Assembly: GCA_965202585.1 (NCBI GenBank)
Contig: OZ241826.1
Coordinates: 77,748,001 to 77,812,000 of the forward strand
Reading direction: 5' to 3'
Source: Thalia democratica
Lineage: Eukaryota
Length of the DNA: 64,000 nucleotides
The position numbers were made by a program, and so were the translations under genes. The notes under the pieces were generated by a model. The model did no database searches. It saw only the letters and a program-made list of their open reading frames with translations, and was not told where the DNA came from. Position 1 is the first letter of the stretch. Each line of letters starts with the position of its first letter. Shown here piece by piece: positions 11,075-22,445 of the stretch.

Positions 11075-12049
11075 CTTTGTATTGTTTTAGAAAACGCATC
11101 TAAATTAGTTCCAAGCTTTCTACAATATACTATATAAACCCATTCGTTTACTTCTAATAATTTTACCTTTGACTACAGTTCTTTTAAGTTTACCTAATAA
11201 GCGATACGTAAAAGACTTAAAACAACTTTATACAGAACGTAGAATATTTATTTTTCATTGTATAAGTTTTATATTTAGTTTGACACACTATTACAACATG
11301 AGTTAATAATTTCGCCTTTTAAAATAAACTTCTTTTTTTTCAAAAATGTTACTTAGTACCTTGATGTTTGGTTTAAAACTTGTTATCAAAATAACCTTAA
11401 GTTAAATAATATTTTATCTAAAAAAAATCTTTTAAAGGTCTGATAGTTAGTTTAAGTGTTCTAAGTTTTGTTAAAACTACACTTTTTGCTAAACAGAAGT
11501 TTATGTTTTCATAAAATTATAGAAAATATATGAGCAGTACATTTGAATATTTATGGCAAAACACTTTAAAATATTTTTTTTTTATTTAGTTCGACTGTAA
11601 GTCACCTGTAATTTAAAATGTCTTGAAAGCCTTTATTCTTACATTGTTTTGAAATTGTTATCGACTAGAACATTTTTGTTATTGAGAAATAAGTTATGGA
11701 ATGAAAACAAACAAAAAAATTTAAACTCAAATGAATTTACTGTTTTAAAAAAAAAAATTTACTATTGAAATAACAGTCTTCTTTTTAAAATCGAGAAAGT
11801 TTAAATCGAGTTTTTAAAATACTTAATTTAAGGCTGGACACAAATAACTTTAAGAAACAAAATGTTTTGATTGTAGCATTTTTTTAACTTTTTTTATTGT
11901 TATAAATTATAAAAAATAAATAATTAGTAGATCATAATCAAAACTTTTTTACTTAAAGGAAAATTTTAATTCAAAACCTTTATTTTCTTCAAAACATAAG
12001 TATTTTAAGTTTTTCCGCACAAAATGTTTCGTCTAAAAGAAAAGTTTTA

Positions 12050-12405
12050 GGACAAGTAGTTTTAATCGACAGTGACAGTGTGCTTATTTTTGTGTAGAGC
12101 ATCAGCGTGTAGGTTTAGAAACTCTGTGAAAAACGTATAACATTTTAAAGCAAACACATTAATAAACCAACAAGACAAGCTTGTATACTGTTTTTAAATA
12201 ATTTCACACTATTGAGAACCCAATTGTCAATAGCTTTTCGGTCTTTCATGTTATTATCAATAGAAGTTATTATTTGCCTTATGCTCTGAATTATATGCTC
12301 TGCTTGACATTTTTTTGGTCTTTGCTCGTAAAAAGTAAAAGTACCACTTTTTGTGTCACTTAATTTTATTCGTAGACTTAATTCTATTTTCAAGAAACAG
12401 TTCAT
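12050..12405 (-). pseudogene. Inverted, decayed paralog of the CTLD membrane gene (copy A)
   Basis: SGTFTFYEQRPKKCQAEHIIQSIRQIITSIDNNMKDRKAID aligns with SGTYTFYDKRVEKCEAEQICQSKGQILAPITNMEDRKAIE. A key Cys is lost and a stop follows after 86 codons. Confidence 0.8.
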
Positions 12406-14775
12406 CGCAAATACAGTTTAAAACATTAAAAACTTAATAATGGTAAAATTGGTAACAGCTAAAATACAGTTTTGAAGCGAAAATACCAAAATTTTTGAGT
12501 AACATATAGATTGTAAAAGATTAAAACATTCAAAAACAATTTAGACAGCTCATTTGTAATTTTACGAGCTGAGCGGTTGAAAAAGTAAATAATTCTGTAA
12601 AGAGAAAGTATAGCGATTTTACTACATTCTTACATCACAAAAACATGTGTTTTTAAAGTATTTATAAAGTTCACAATTAAAAAACAACATACCTTTTTTT
12701 TTAAATATAAATATATCTTTAAAATTATTAGCCTTTAATGCTTCATTTGAATTTTATTATTAATAACGCCTTTTTAAGTTCATCTTGTTAAATGTTTTCA
12801 TAATAAAGTTTTTGTAAAAAAGGTATCAAAATTCAAACAACTTTACAAAAGTATCATACTTCAGATAAAGTTCTTAATTTTTAAATCTACATACACATCT
12901 ACTTTTTCTCATTTGCAAGCCAAATGGTAACAAAAAAAACATGCTTATAACTTTCAATACTATTTTTTATTTAAAAACAGACTAAAATTTTTCTTTGTAT
13001 AAATTTAATTTGACAAGAATTTTTTTTTTTAATTATGTTTGTGTTGACGAAATTTAAACTATTGTAAAACTGCACTCTATCACAACACAATCATGTGCAT
13101 TTAAACATTTGGCACTTGATACTAAGTGAAGCTTAACCATTTTTCAAATTTTGACAAAAGTATTAAATTAAACAATATAGATGTAACTTTTTTTTCATTT
13201 TAGCTACTTTTCAATAAAATAAACAATATAAAAACAACTCATTTACAAAACATTTTTTTCAATCAAATACTATGCTGTTTTTAAGAAAATTAACAAGCCC
13301 TATTAACAAGTAAAAAAAAAACATAACAAACAGATAGCATTAATTAAAATCCTTTGTAGAATGATAAATCAAAAAATAGGCTAGAAAATTTTAGCTTACC
13401 ATATCACTACAACTAAACTTACAAAAATTTCTCATGGTCGTTATATATTTATTTTTTTTTTGAACAACCGATGATATAAGTATAATAATTTTTTTAACAA
13501 AAACAAACATACAGCTGGCTGTAACTTTAGTTTTTTTTCTTATCTACTTTCTTTGGTTAAGACAATTGAGTATTTATATATACACATATATCTTAAGTAA
13601 AAAATAAAATTAAAACTTAAAACAGTGACTTGCTTTAACAAAAATACTAAAAACTATTTATAAAATAAAAACTTGAATACAATACAGTAGTCCGGAAAGA
13701 ATGAAAAACAAGTAATATAAGCTGATAAATATTTGTTTTTAAGGCCATTGAAAAACAACTTAAAAACTGTGTCAAAGTTACTTCTTAAAATAAAAAACAA
13801 CTCAAGATTTAAACTTTGACCGAAATTTACCAAGAAAAGGGTAATGCAAATTAGAAATTAAGAATATAGTTTTGATTTTAAATTTGATTATAGAGTTTTT
13901 TAAGCTTACGTTATTATAAAATTTTAAAGCTTATTTTTAGAAAAACAAGTTTTATTGTGATCGTAAGTTGCTTTAGAGTTTATAATCTTAACCTTATGCA
14001 AGAAAAACCAAGCAAATTTTATCAAAGGTTTTTCTAAAACATCCATGCTTAATTTCATTGAATATCTTACTTAAATCTATAGCGTTATATGCAGTATTTT
14101 AAAACAGTTAGTTTATGTTTAAAACATTTTATTGGTAAAAGTATTTTTTTATACACAGTAATCTGCCGAGTAACTTTGCAACGTTATAGTTTCGGTTTTA
14201 AGAGAAAAAAATATTGTACTCAACATTTTAAGCTGAGTTTAAAACTGCTACAAATCTTTGCACCTGACATATATCTTCGCTTTTATCACAAATTTTTTCA
14301 CAAAATAAATTTGTATTTCTAAACTTTTGAACTAATCTTTTTCGATATAACGATTAAGTATAAATAATTAAGTAGTTACAATTTTTCTTAACTTAAATTA
14401 TAAGTTTTTCTTTATTTTAATGTTGAAATTGTTAAAATCACAAATATTTTAACTCACAAGACTTTAAAGTTTAACTTAAAAGCCAAGCTTTTAGTAATTG
14501 TTTTCGTATAAATATAAATACAATATTTAATAAACGCTTGTTTATATAAACAAAAGTCATGAAATTAGATTTTGTATTTAATATTTATCTAATGTTTTAC
14601 AGGTAGAAACCATTTAGTTTGCTTAGCCAAGTAAAACTTGCTTTCATTGAAAACTTTAAAGTGAGAATTTAAATGTATTATTACGTCACTATACTAAGCC
14701 TTCAAGTACTGAACTTAGTAAAACGGAAAGTTTTAGTTTAAGTATTAGAGTGGCGCTTATATTCAAAGTCTCAAT

Positions 14776-15063
14776 ATGGCAGATGAATGTAAAAAAGCTA
14801 CTCAGAAAAAGTTGAAGCGAAAGTACACGAGAAAAGCTCCGACGAACAAGGCGAAAAGACAAAGGAAGCCGAAAAAAGCAGTGAAACTTGAAGTTAAAAA
14901 ATCACAAGTTTTTGATGAGCCTGTTGAAGACCCCCTTCCAAATGTCGCTTTCTTTTTGAAACCGTTTGATGTTTACGAAGACGGACTTTCATGGAGGATC
15001 AGTCCCTGGATTCTGAAGACTATCAACTCGCAGAAAACAAACAAAGTAAATTCTGATTTTTAA
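14776..15063 (+). CDS. Small Lys/Arg-rich orphan protein (95 aa, or a first exon ending at 15045), copy A
   Basis: The ORF is conserved in copy B with 4 substitutions over the first 90 codons, all synonymous. A possible donor AAA|GTAAAT lies at 15046. No family recognised. Confidence 0.7.
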   Translation: MADECKKATQKKLKRKYTRKAPTNKAKRQRKPKKAVKLEVKKSQVFDEPVEDPLPNVAFFLKPFDVYEDGLSWRISPWILKTINSQKTNKVNSDF

Positions 15064-16515
15064 ACATTTATTGAAGTGTTGCTATTTTTTTTTGTTCTTT
15101 CTTTTTGTTTTAAATAAACCAGTCTCAACTTGAAGCTTTATAACTTTAATTTTTATTTTTAAAAAGATACATAAAATACTTCAACAATTTTCGTTATTTT
15201 ATTAGCACTGAAGAAAGTTGCTGTTGTATAGTTATTTTACCTATTTTGTATCAATAAAATGATAATTTAAAGAAGTTTTAAAACAAAGCAGTAGTCGTCA
15301 ATTTTATAAAAATTGTGCACACAAAGTTACTGTGAAATAAATTCTGTGCACACTAAACTATAAAATGGACAAAGTATTGTTACAAAGCACTACGTTTAAT
15401 GTTATAACTAGATATTTTTACTAGAAAAAGACAACACAAACGTTATTAAGTTTTTTTTTTTTAACTTCACTAAATTTCCATGCACACTAATTCTAGTGAT
15501 CATAGGTGCACACCGTGAAGAATACTGTATTTATGTATTTAAAGTTTATTAGATTATTCACTAAAGGTTAAAAGTAAGTCCAGACTCACATTTTTTTATT
15601 AAAGAATAAACTAAAAACTTTGAAAACATAAACTTTGATAAAAATAGGTGAAAGTTTAAAAACATAAAGGTAAATATAACAGTAAGTGAGTTTAATGGGA
15701 CAAAAATTTATAAAAAAATTATACAAAATAACTAGTGTTTTAATGAAATAAGGCTTTCTTTTCACTTTCTAAATAGAAAACTCAGTGTTTTATCTTTTAT
15801 TCACTGTTACATCAGATATTGTTTGTTGTGCTTGAGAAGAATTAAAAAAAGAAGTCAATGTAGTTAAAAATAAAGCAGTTAGATGTTTCATTATACTTAG
15901 GTGAAACTTAATAAACCTGAAAATTAAAAAATAAATAGTGTTCAAATACGAGCTAGATGTTTATGTATAAACCTAAAAATTAAATATGTGGTTGAAACAG
16001 ATCTAACAAAGGAATAAATTCAAGATGAAGATTTACGTATTAAAAACTATTTATTTAAAAGTACAGACATTACTAAGTTTCACCGCAAAAGGATTTTTAA
16101 ACTGTGATTTTTATTTTAACAGAACTGTTTTTAGACAACTAACTTTTTACTATTTGATTCAAGTGTTGTTTTTTGTATGTATAAAGTACGTAAGCTTAAA
16201 ACAAAATACTATAAGAGAAACTACATATTACCAAGATTTAAAGATAAATGTTTTTTTAGAATCTAGCTTGTTAGGATAGTAAACTGTGGACTAAAACGCC
16301 CAATAAACTATAAGATTAGGTCCATCTTGGTCGGTTTAGGTTGTTCTGAGAGATGTTTTATTGAGAGTACATTTATATAAACAAAATTTAATTAGGTTGC
16401 GTGGGTTTGTCATTTTCATATGTCAAAGGATTATGCCTACGACTACTTTTTATTTAAGGACAGTTCTTATTAAGTTTGTTAATAAAATTCTTATTACTTT
16501 GGGTTTAGTCTAGAT

Positions 16516-19500
16516 CAGGGGTCGGCAAACTGCGGCCCGCGAGCACGTTATTTTTTTGAATGGAATGCGGCCCGCGAAGGAAAATTTTGTGGCCCGCGAG
16601 CATGTAAATGTGGCCCGCTCAGCAAAAATATATAATCAAGTTAATTTTTTTTCGGTAAGTTGATTTAATTTGATTAGTTTGGTTTTAAGTCTCTGTTTAA
16701 CATTTTAAATTATTAGAAGAAATTACTGCTTTAGTAATTTAGTTTAATAAAGTTTGAAAATGTAAAAAAGACAGATAAACATTCTAACAGGATATTTTTC
16801 TCAGTTTCATAATAACTTCTTTTTTACAACAGCAAGTAATTATCTGAAAAAAGAGTGTAAAGAGTGCTTCAATATAATAAGTTAGCTATATTACACCTAT
16901 TTGTTAAATAAACTAAATGCAAATGTTTTCTATTTTGTACAAAAATAATGCACAGTAATTAACTAAAGTGTCGTTTCTTTATAGCTTAGATATTCTTTTT
17001 AAATTTTTTTTATACCTAAGTTTCTTTTATAGATGTTTTATTTGTAAATTTTATATTTTAGTGTAAAAATTTAAAACAACATAGTTATAAGAAATAAGGT
17101 TTATTTGATTTTTGTTTTGACACATTTTAATTTTTAGGATACTTTCTCTACACTTTAAATTAATTTCTATGCAAACCAACTTAAAAAAATGCTCATATTT
17201 TAAACCACTTTTTATTTAATACTTTAGTTAGTTTAAGTTTAGTTTATGCATAATTTTCTAACATTGTTGTTTCTACATGTAGTATCTAAATTTGTACAGA
17301 CACATTTAAATTAACATATATGACATAAATTAATATAGTTTTTGTTAGGTATACATTTTTCATTTTTCAAACATCTTATTGTAAAACTAAATTAATTTTT
17401 ATGCCTTGCATATCATTACACACAATTGCTGTTTTTTTGAGCTACCTATTTAATATAAACTAGATTTAAGGATAGTAAATTTATTAAGTTTGTACATTGT
17501 AAATCAAAATAGTTTAAATTTAAGCAAATAAACAACTAAACATTGACACACACTTAAATTATCACTATTTGAAGACTTCAAATCTCAGGCCAACTAAGTC
17601 ATTTTATAAGTTTTTCTATAGAATTACATTTGTTTACAAAAATATCAGGAATGTTTTTGTTGACTCAGGCTGGCTTTTTTGCTTGAAAGAGTGGCAAATT
17701 AAACTTATGATGTATGATTTGCTCAATCCACAGTGTTAGTTTTAGTTATAATATATGTTAAATTTTAAGTCTTGCAGCTGATAAAATTCTAAAAGTTATT
17801 AATATTATTGTTAACATTTGAATGTGAACAATCAGTGTTGCCAAAAAACTTGAATCCCGGAAAAGCTTTGAATTTGAAAATTTATGCTTAAAAATTCTGG
17901 AGAAAACTTTGAATTTGAGAATTTTTGAAAAAACCTAGAATTTCAAACAATTTTTACATGCAAAGTAATGAAATTTCGGTTTGACACAAAAAATTTAGCA
18001 AATTAAAATTTTTTTATTATAAAGTATATTGAAGTAGCTTAACAGTATTTTTTAATATTGATATATTTTTTCAGACATTTTTTAAACTTTAATTAAACTT
18101 TATACTAAAAATAAAAGAAAGAATTGTACTTATAAAAACTTTGTATTGGTTCATTGCACCTGTACTTGTAAAATTTCACCGATTGTGTGCTTCGCGTTGG
18201 AACTAAACCAAAAATTCTACTAAAATGTCAAAGTTAGTAAAAACATCTCTAATAAAAATTATTAGATGAGAAATAGTTTTTCTATCAGTGCTCTCATGTT
18301 AACAGATTGATTAAAGTCCTAATTTGATTTATGCGACTTTATAACCTTATGCATTTCCTGAACACGACTTCTTGTTGTCGTTGAAGAAATAAACAAAAGT
18401 TTTTCATTACCGCCAACATAAATTCTTTAAAAAGTTTTCAATTATAAACGGTATCTCATTTTAAGTAATAAATTTTGCTACTTAATAACTTGCCTTAACG
18501 ATTTTTTTCTGATCATTCTGTAGTTACTGAAGATAATCATGTGCTTTGTTGTAACTGACTTTGGTGATTTGTTTTTTTTTATCGTTTCTCGCAATAACTC
18601 CTAACTAACGTTTTTTTTTTTTTTTTTGTAGCTCGTCTTATATTTTACAATTACTATTTTTAAATGCAATATTCTTATTGCAGATAAAGAATTGCTATAA
18701 TGCCTTATAAAAAGTTAGTCTTTCTACTTCGCTAATGACTAAATAAAGTTTTATACTTTTCTTAAATTTATTTAAGAAACTTAATTGTCTATTCCAGCTG
18801 ACTTATATATTTTTGGCATGTAATTTATTTACTCTTAACAACCTTCTTTATTTTTTTATGTTAAGAACTTGATTTTAACTGGGTTGCTACACAAAAAGGC
18901 AATTTTAAAAGCCCTAAAAACTCAGGTTTGTGTTAAACTTTTATTTCAAACACTTCAAAGAAATCTTTTAATTCTCAGAATAGTTTTTATGACTGTAGTG
19001 TAGTAAACTTATTGTAATTTTTTCTTGTTTTCTTACACTTTTTGATAATGATGATATTTTAACTAGATATTTAAGCTTTATTAGCAACTATTTATTAGCT
19101 TTTTCAACTTTTAATAAACTTAGGCTGGTTTGATACAACTCTGATATTTTGCTTTAAAAGTGACAACCATGTAAAAGACTAATCACTAATAAGACATTTT
19201 ATTAAAGTATTCTAGAATTAATGTTAAAGAATATGTTCTAGCTTTTTGGAATATAGGTATTAATTTTATTAAGTTAAGTAATTACTAATTTTTTTAATGA
19301 ATGTAAACTGTTTCACACGCAAACACTTTTTTTGAAGTAAATGTTCTGAGAAATATGAAAAAAGGGTTGATTATATAACAATATATAAAAGTAACCAAAA
19401 AATTGTCTTTCAAGTTTGGTTTTTATAGAGAGTTAGGTTGTAAGTGAAATTACATCAGTTTAACTTATTAAGTGCTTATGAAAGTACATAGTTTATTAAC

Positions 19501-19740
19501 ACTTAAGTATGTTAGTCAATGTAAATTCTATTCTATCAAATATTAATTTGAATAGGCATTCTATATACACATAAAAGTAATTTAAAATAATAAGTTGAAC
19601 AAAAGTAAAAAATTTTTCTAGTGTAATTAAAACTAAAACAAAAATATTATTCAAGTGTCATTAAAACTAAAATTGCGGCCCGCGAAGACTTTTGAATTTT
19701 GAAATTTGGCCCGCGACCACCAATTGCCTGCCGACCCCTG
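16516..19740 (-). mobile_element. hAT (Charlie/SPIN-like) DNA transposon, 3225 bp, specific to copy A
   Basis: TIR CAGGGGTCGGCA at both ends, GCGGCCCGCG subterminal repeats, perfect 8-bp TSD GTCTAGAT (16508-16515, 19741-19748). Copy B has a single GTCTAGAT (empty site) at about 51740. Confidence 0.95.
16830..18620 (-). pseudogene. Heavily decayed hAT transposase inside the element
   Basis: Minus-strand fragments FKEFMLAVMKNFC (about 18400), HESTDRKTISHLIIFIRDVFTNFDILVEFL plus LVPTRST (18300-18190), QIIHHKFNL (about 17710) and LTYYIEALFTL (about 16870). They resemble Charlie-family motifs DESTD..QL.IFIRGV, CIIHQENL and STYLCEQLFS. Many stops and frameshifts. Confidence 0.7.
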
Positions 19741-20722
19741 GTCTAGATTAAGGGTGGGCAACGCACTCAACGCATTTTAGCTTACTAACATCTTGCATAG
19801 ATCAAAATGAGATTTAAAATAACAAATAGTTTAAAATATGCCCTTAATAAACTACTATAAAATACAGTCGTGTTTTCTTTTTTAAAAAAAACCTTGACTG
19901 AGCTTTAAGTAGAAAACAGGGTAAAATTTTGGCAGGTGTGCAAGCTTTCTTTTGCAATGCATCTACATTATCCAAAAAAAAACAATATTTGTTTTCAAAT
20001 TTGTTGCTTATCTAAAACTAGATTAAAAAAGCTTTACTATACAAGTTAACTAAAACAATCAATGACTGTTTTACTTTAAACGGTTGTATTAATTCAACTT
20101 CAAAAGCAATTTAATTGGTGAAAACTTTTCGTGTTATTTTTAAATTCTCAAAGATAATATTTAAGTTATAATCATAACTCCATAAAAATTACTTTTACAA
20201 ACCAAATTGTGCACTAGACTTAATAATACTGAAATTTAGTAGTTGTATGACCTGTTTTAGTATTTACTAAAACCATTTATTCCTCTAAAGTTCTTTTTAT
20301 GTTGTATGTATCTTCTAGTTTAAACTCTTAACTTATTTTTGTGTAAGTGTATATGTTTTTAGGATTTAACTTCAAACAACAATGTGCTTAAATTGTTTTC
20401 TGTGTTCACAACTTGCTTTAAAGTTTCTTCCTTTCACCTTGAAAAGCTTAGTTCTAAGAAAAAGCTTATTTAATAAAAAATTAAGCACTACAATTATAAT
20501 TCATACCTATTACACGAGGTTTATTATTCAATAACATAAACAAAAAATTAAGTAAAAAGTTATTTTTATTTAACTTGTAGCCAAGTCTTTATCGATATTA
20601 AAAGTGTAAAAACAATTAATAAAGCGAATTATAATAATTATTTATATGTAACTAATAACTGTTTTTTTGTAGACGTTTTAACCAGGCCTTAAAAAAATAT
20701 AACTAGAATTCTGTTATTCAAT

Positions 20723-21047
20723 ATGGGTTGCCAATGGTTTTTTTGAAATTTTTACCTATTTACTCTAAATTTCTTCAAAGTTTTCTATAGAACAAGTTTT
20801 TTCGTCCATTTTTAGTTTAAACCTCAAGTAAAAAACTGTCTTAAAAAGTATAACAACATTGAACAGATACTGTAAAGCTACCTTAAATGTGTGTTGTTTT
20901 TTTTTAATAAATAAAAATTTCAAAATGATAGATTTTTTGTATCTAGTTTATTACTTTGCATGTAAAAACACTTTAAAACTTTTCTTTTTTCACTTCTCAA
21001 ACTCAAGGTTTTTTTTTACCTAAATTGTGAAATTCCAGGCAACCCTG
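20723..21047. mobile_element. Short non-autonomous DNA element (GGGTTGCC...GGCAACCCTG ends), present in both copies (B about 52722-53047)
   Basis: Short inverted termini; related AAAACCTGGAATT-type sequence also occurs near 17834, 22700-23030 and 31123. TSD not established. Confidence 0.45.
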
Positions 21048-22445
21048 ATCAGTGCAAGTTTTTTTTTCTAATTTTGCTATAAATTAAAAATACATCAGGC
21101 TGCTGGTATATATAAGTGAATGTGAAAAAAAAAATCCAATCTCAGACAAAAACTGTTTAGGGATAGAGTTCTTTTAAAACAAGTCAACTAAAATAAAACT
21201 TGATAAGAAAATAACTTTAAAACAGCTTTACTAAATTCTACTAATCTAATACTCAGTAATGTTTCATCAACTTTGTTTTGCGCATTTAAATATTAATGAA
21301 GCTTAATATTCAATAGCTTAGTTATAAGTATTTAAACTAGTATAGAAGAATACTTTAGTAAATTAAATATTTTTGTGTAACTAAGTTGTTTGAATAACTT
21401 AATTATAACTTTGACCAAGTGTCAAATAATTTGATTGTAATCAGTGAAAATCTTTACAACAAAGCTGTAAAAAAGAAATATACTTTAAATAAGTTCGTTT
21501 AAAGAGAAAAAATACAACTGAACTCATTACTGATTTTCAAAAAAGAAAATACCCAAGACGCAACCATAATATTAGCATAGAATACTTTATTCTGTGAAAT
21601 CAAAATTCTACCTAAATAAACGAAAAATAATAAATCTTAAGTTAATACAATTATATTTTCATTTTAATCTAAGTCTTTATAACCTAATTTCTCTGTAATC
21701 AGGTTTTGCTTTTTTATTTATGCTAATATTCAAATTTGCTTAACAGCATCACTTGATGTTGCTTACAAAGGGCCATACGGTCTAGTAATTTGATAAATAG
21801 TTTGTACTTTTAACTTATTTAGTATATATATGTTTTTTTTTAAAGCTTACTGTTGCTTTTGGACTAACAGTGATGTAATTGTTTGAATAATATCTTTCAA
21901 AAAGTTATATAAAATATTTTAAGATATATTATTTTTAAGGAAAATAAGCAAGCAAAAATTAACATAACAAAATTTAAGATTTCATAAAGTTTAAAACCTT
22001 TAAAGTTAAAATATCCAATAAAAAAACAAGCAAAAGCTCTTTTTCTAATTTAAAAAATTGTTTTAACAGTTAGTTTTACATCATTAAGTTAATAAAAAAA
22101 AATTAAGAGACTTAAAATTGAAAAAAAAAAAAAACTTTAAGCTGTTTACATTTAAAGATCATTTGTATATTTTATCATAATAATGCAGTTACTTTATCCT
22201 CATTAATGAAATCTCATATTCTTATGTATTTAAAACATTATTCAATTACGTTTTAAATAACCAAAACAAAAAGTTCATTCAGTTCTTTAAAATAAAGCAT
22301 AATAATAAAAATATTAATTAAAAACAGCCTTTAAAAAAGCCGTGCAAAAAACAGATTTTCTTTGAATATGGCCAATTTTGTTAGTAAATGATAAAAGTTC
22401 ATTTTCCAACCTAAATGACACACAATTAAAAAAACACTTTATTTA

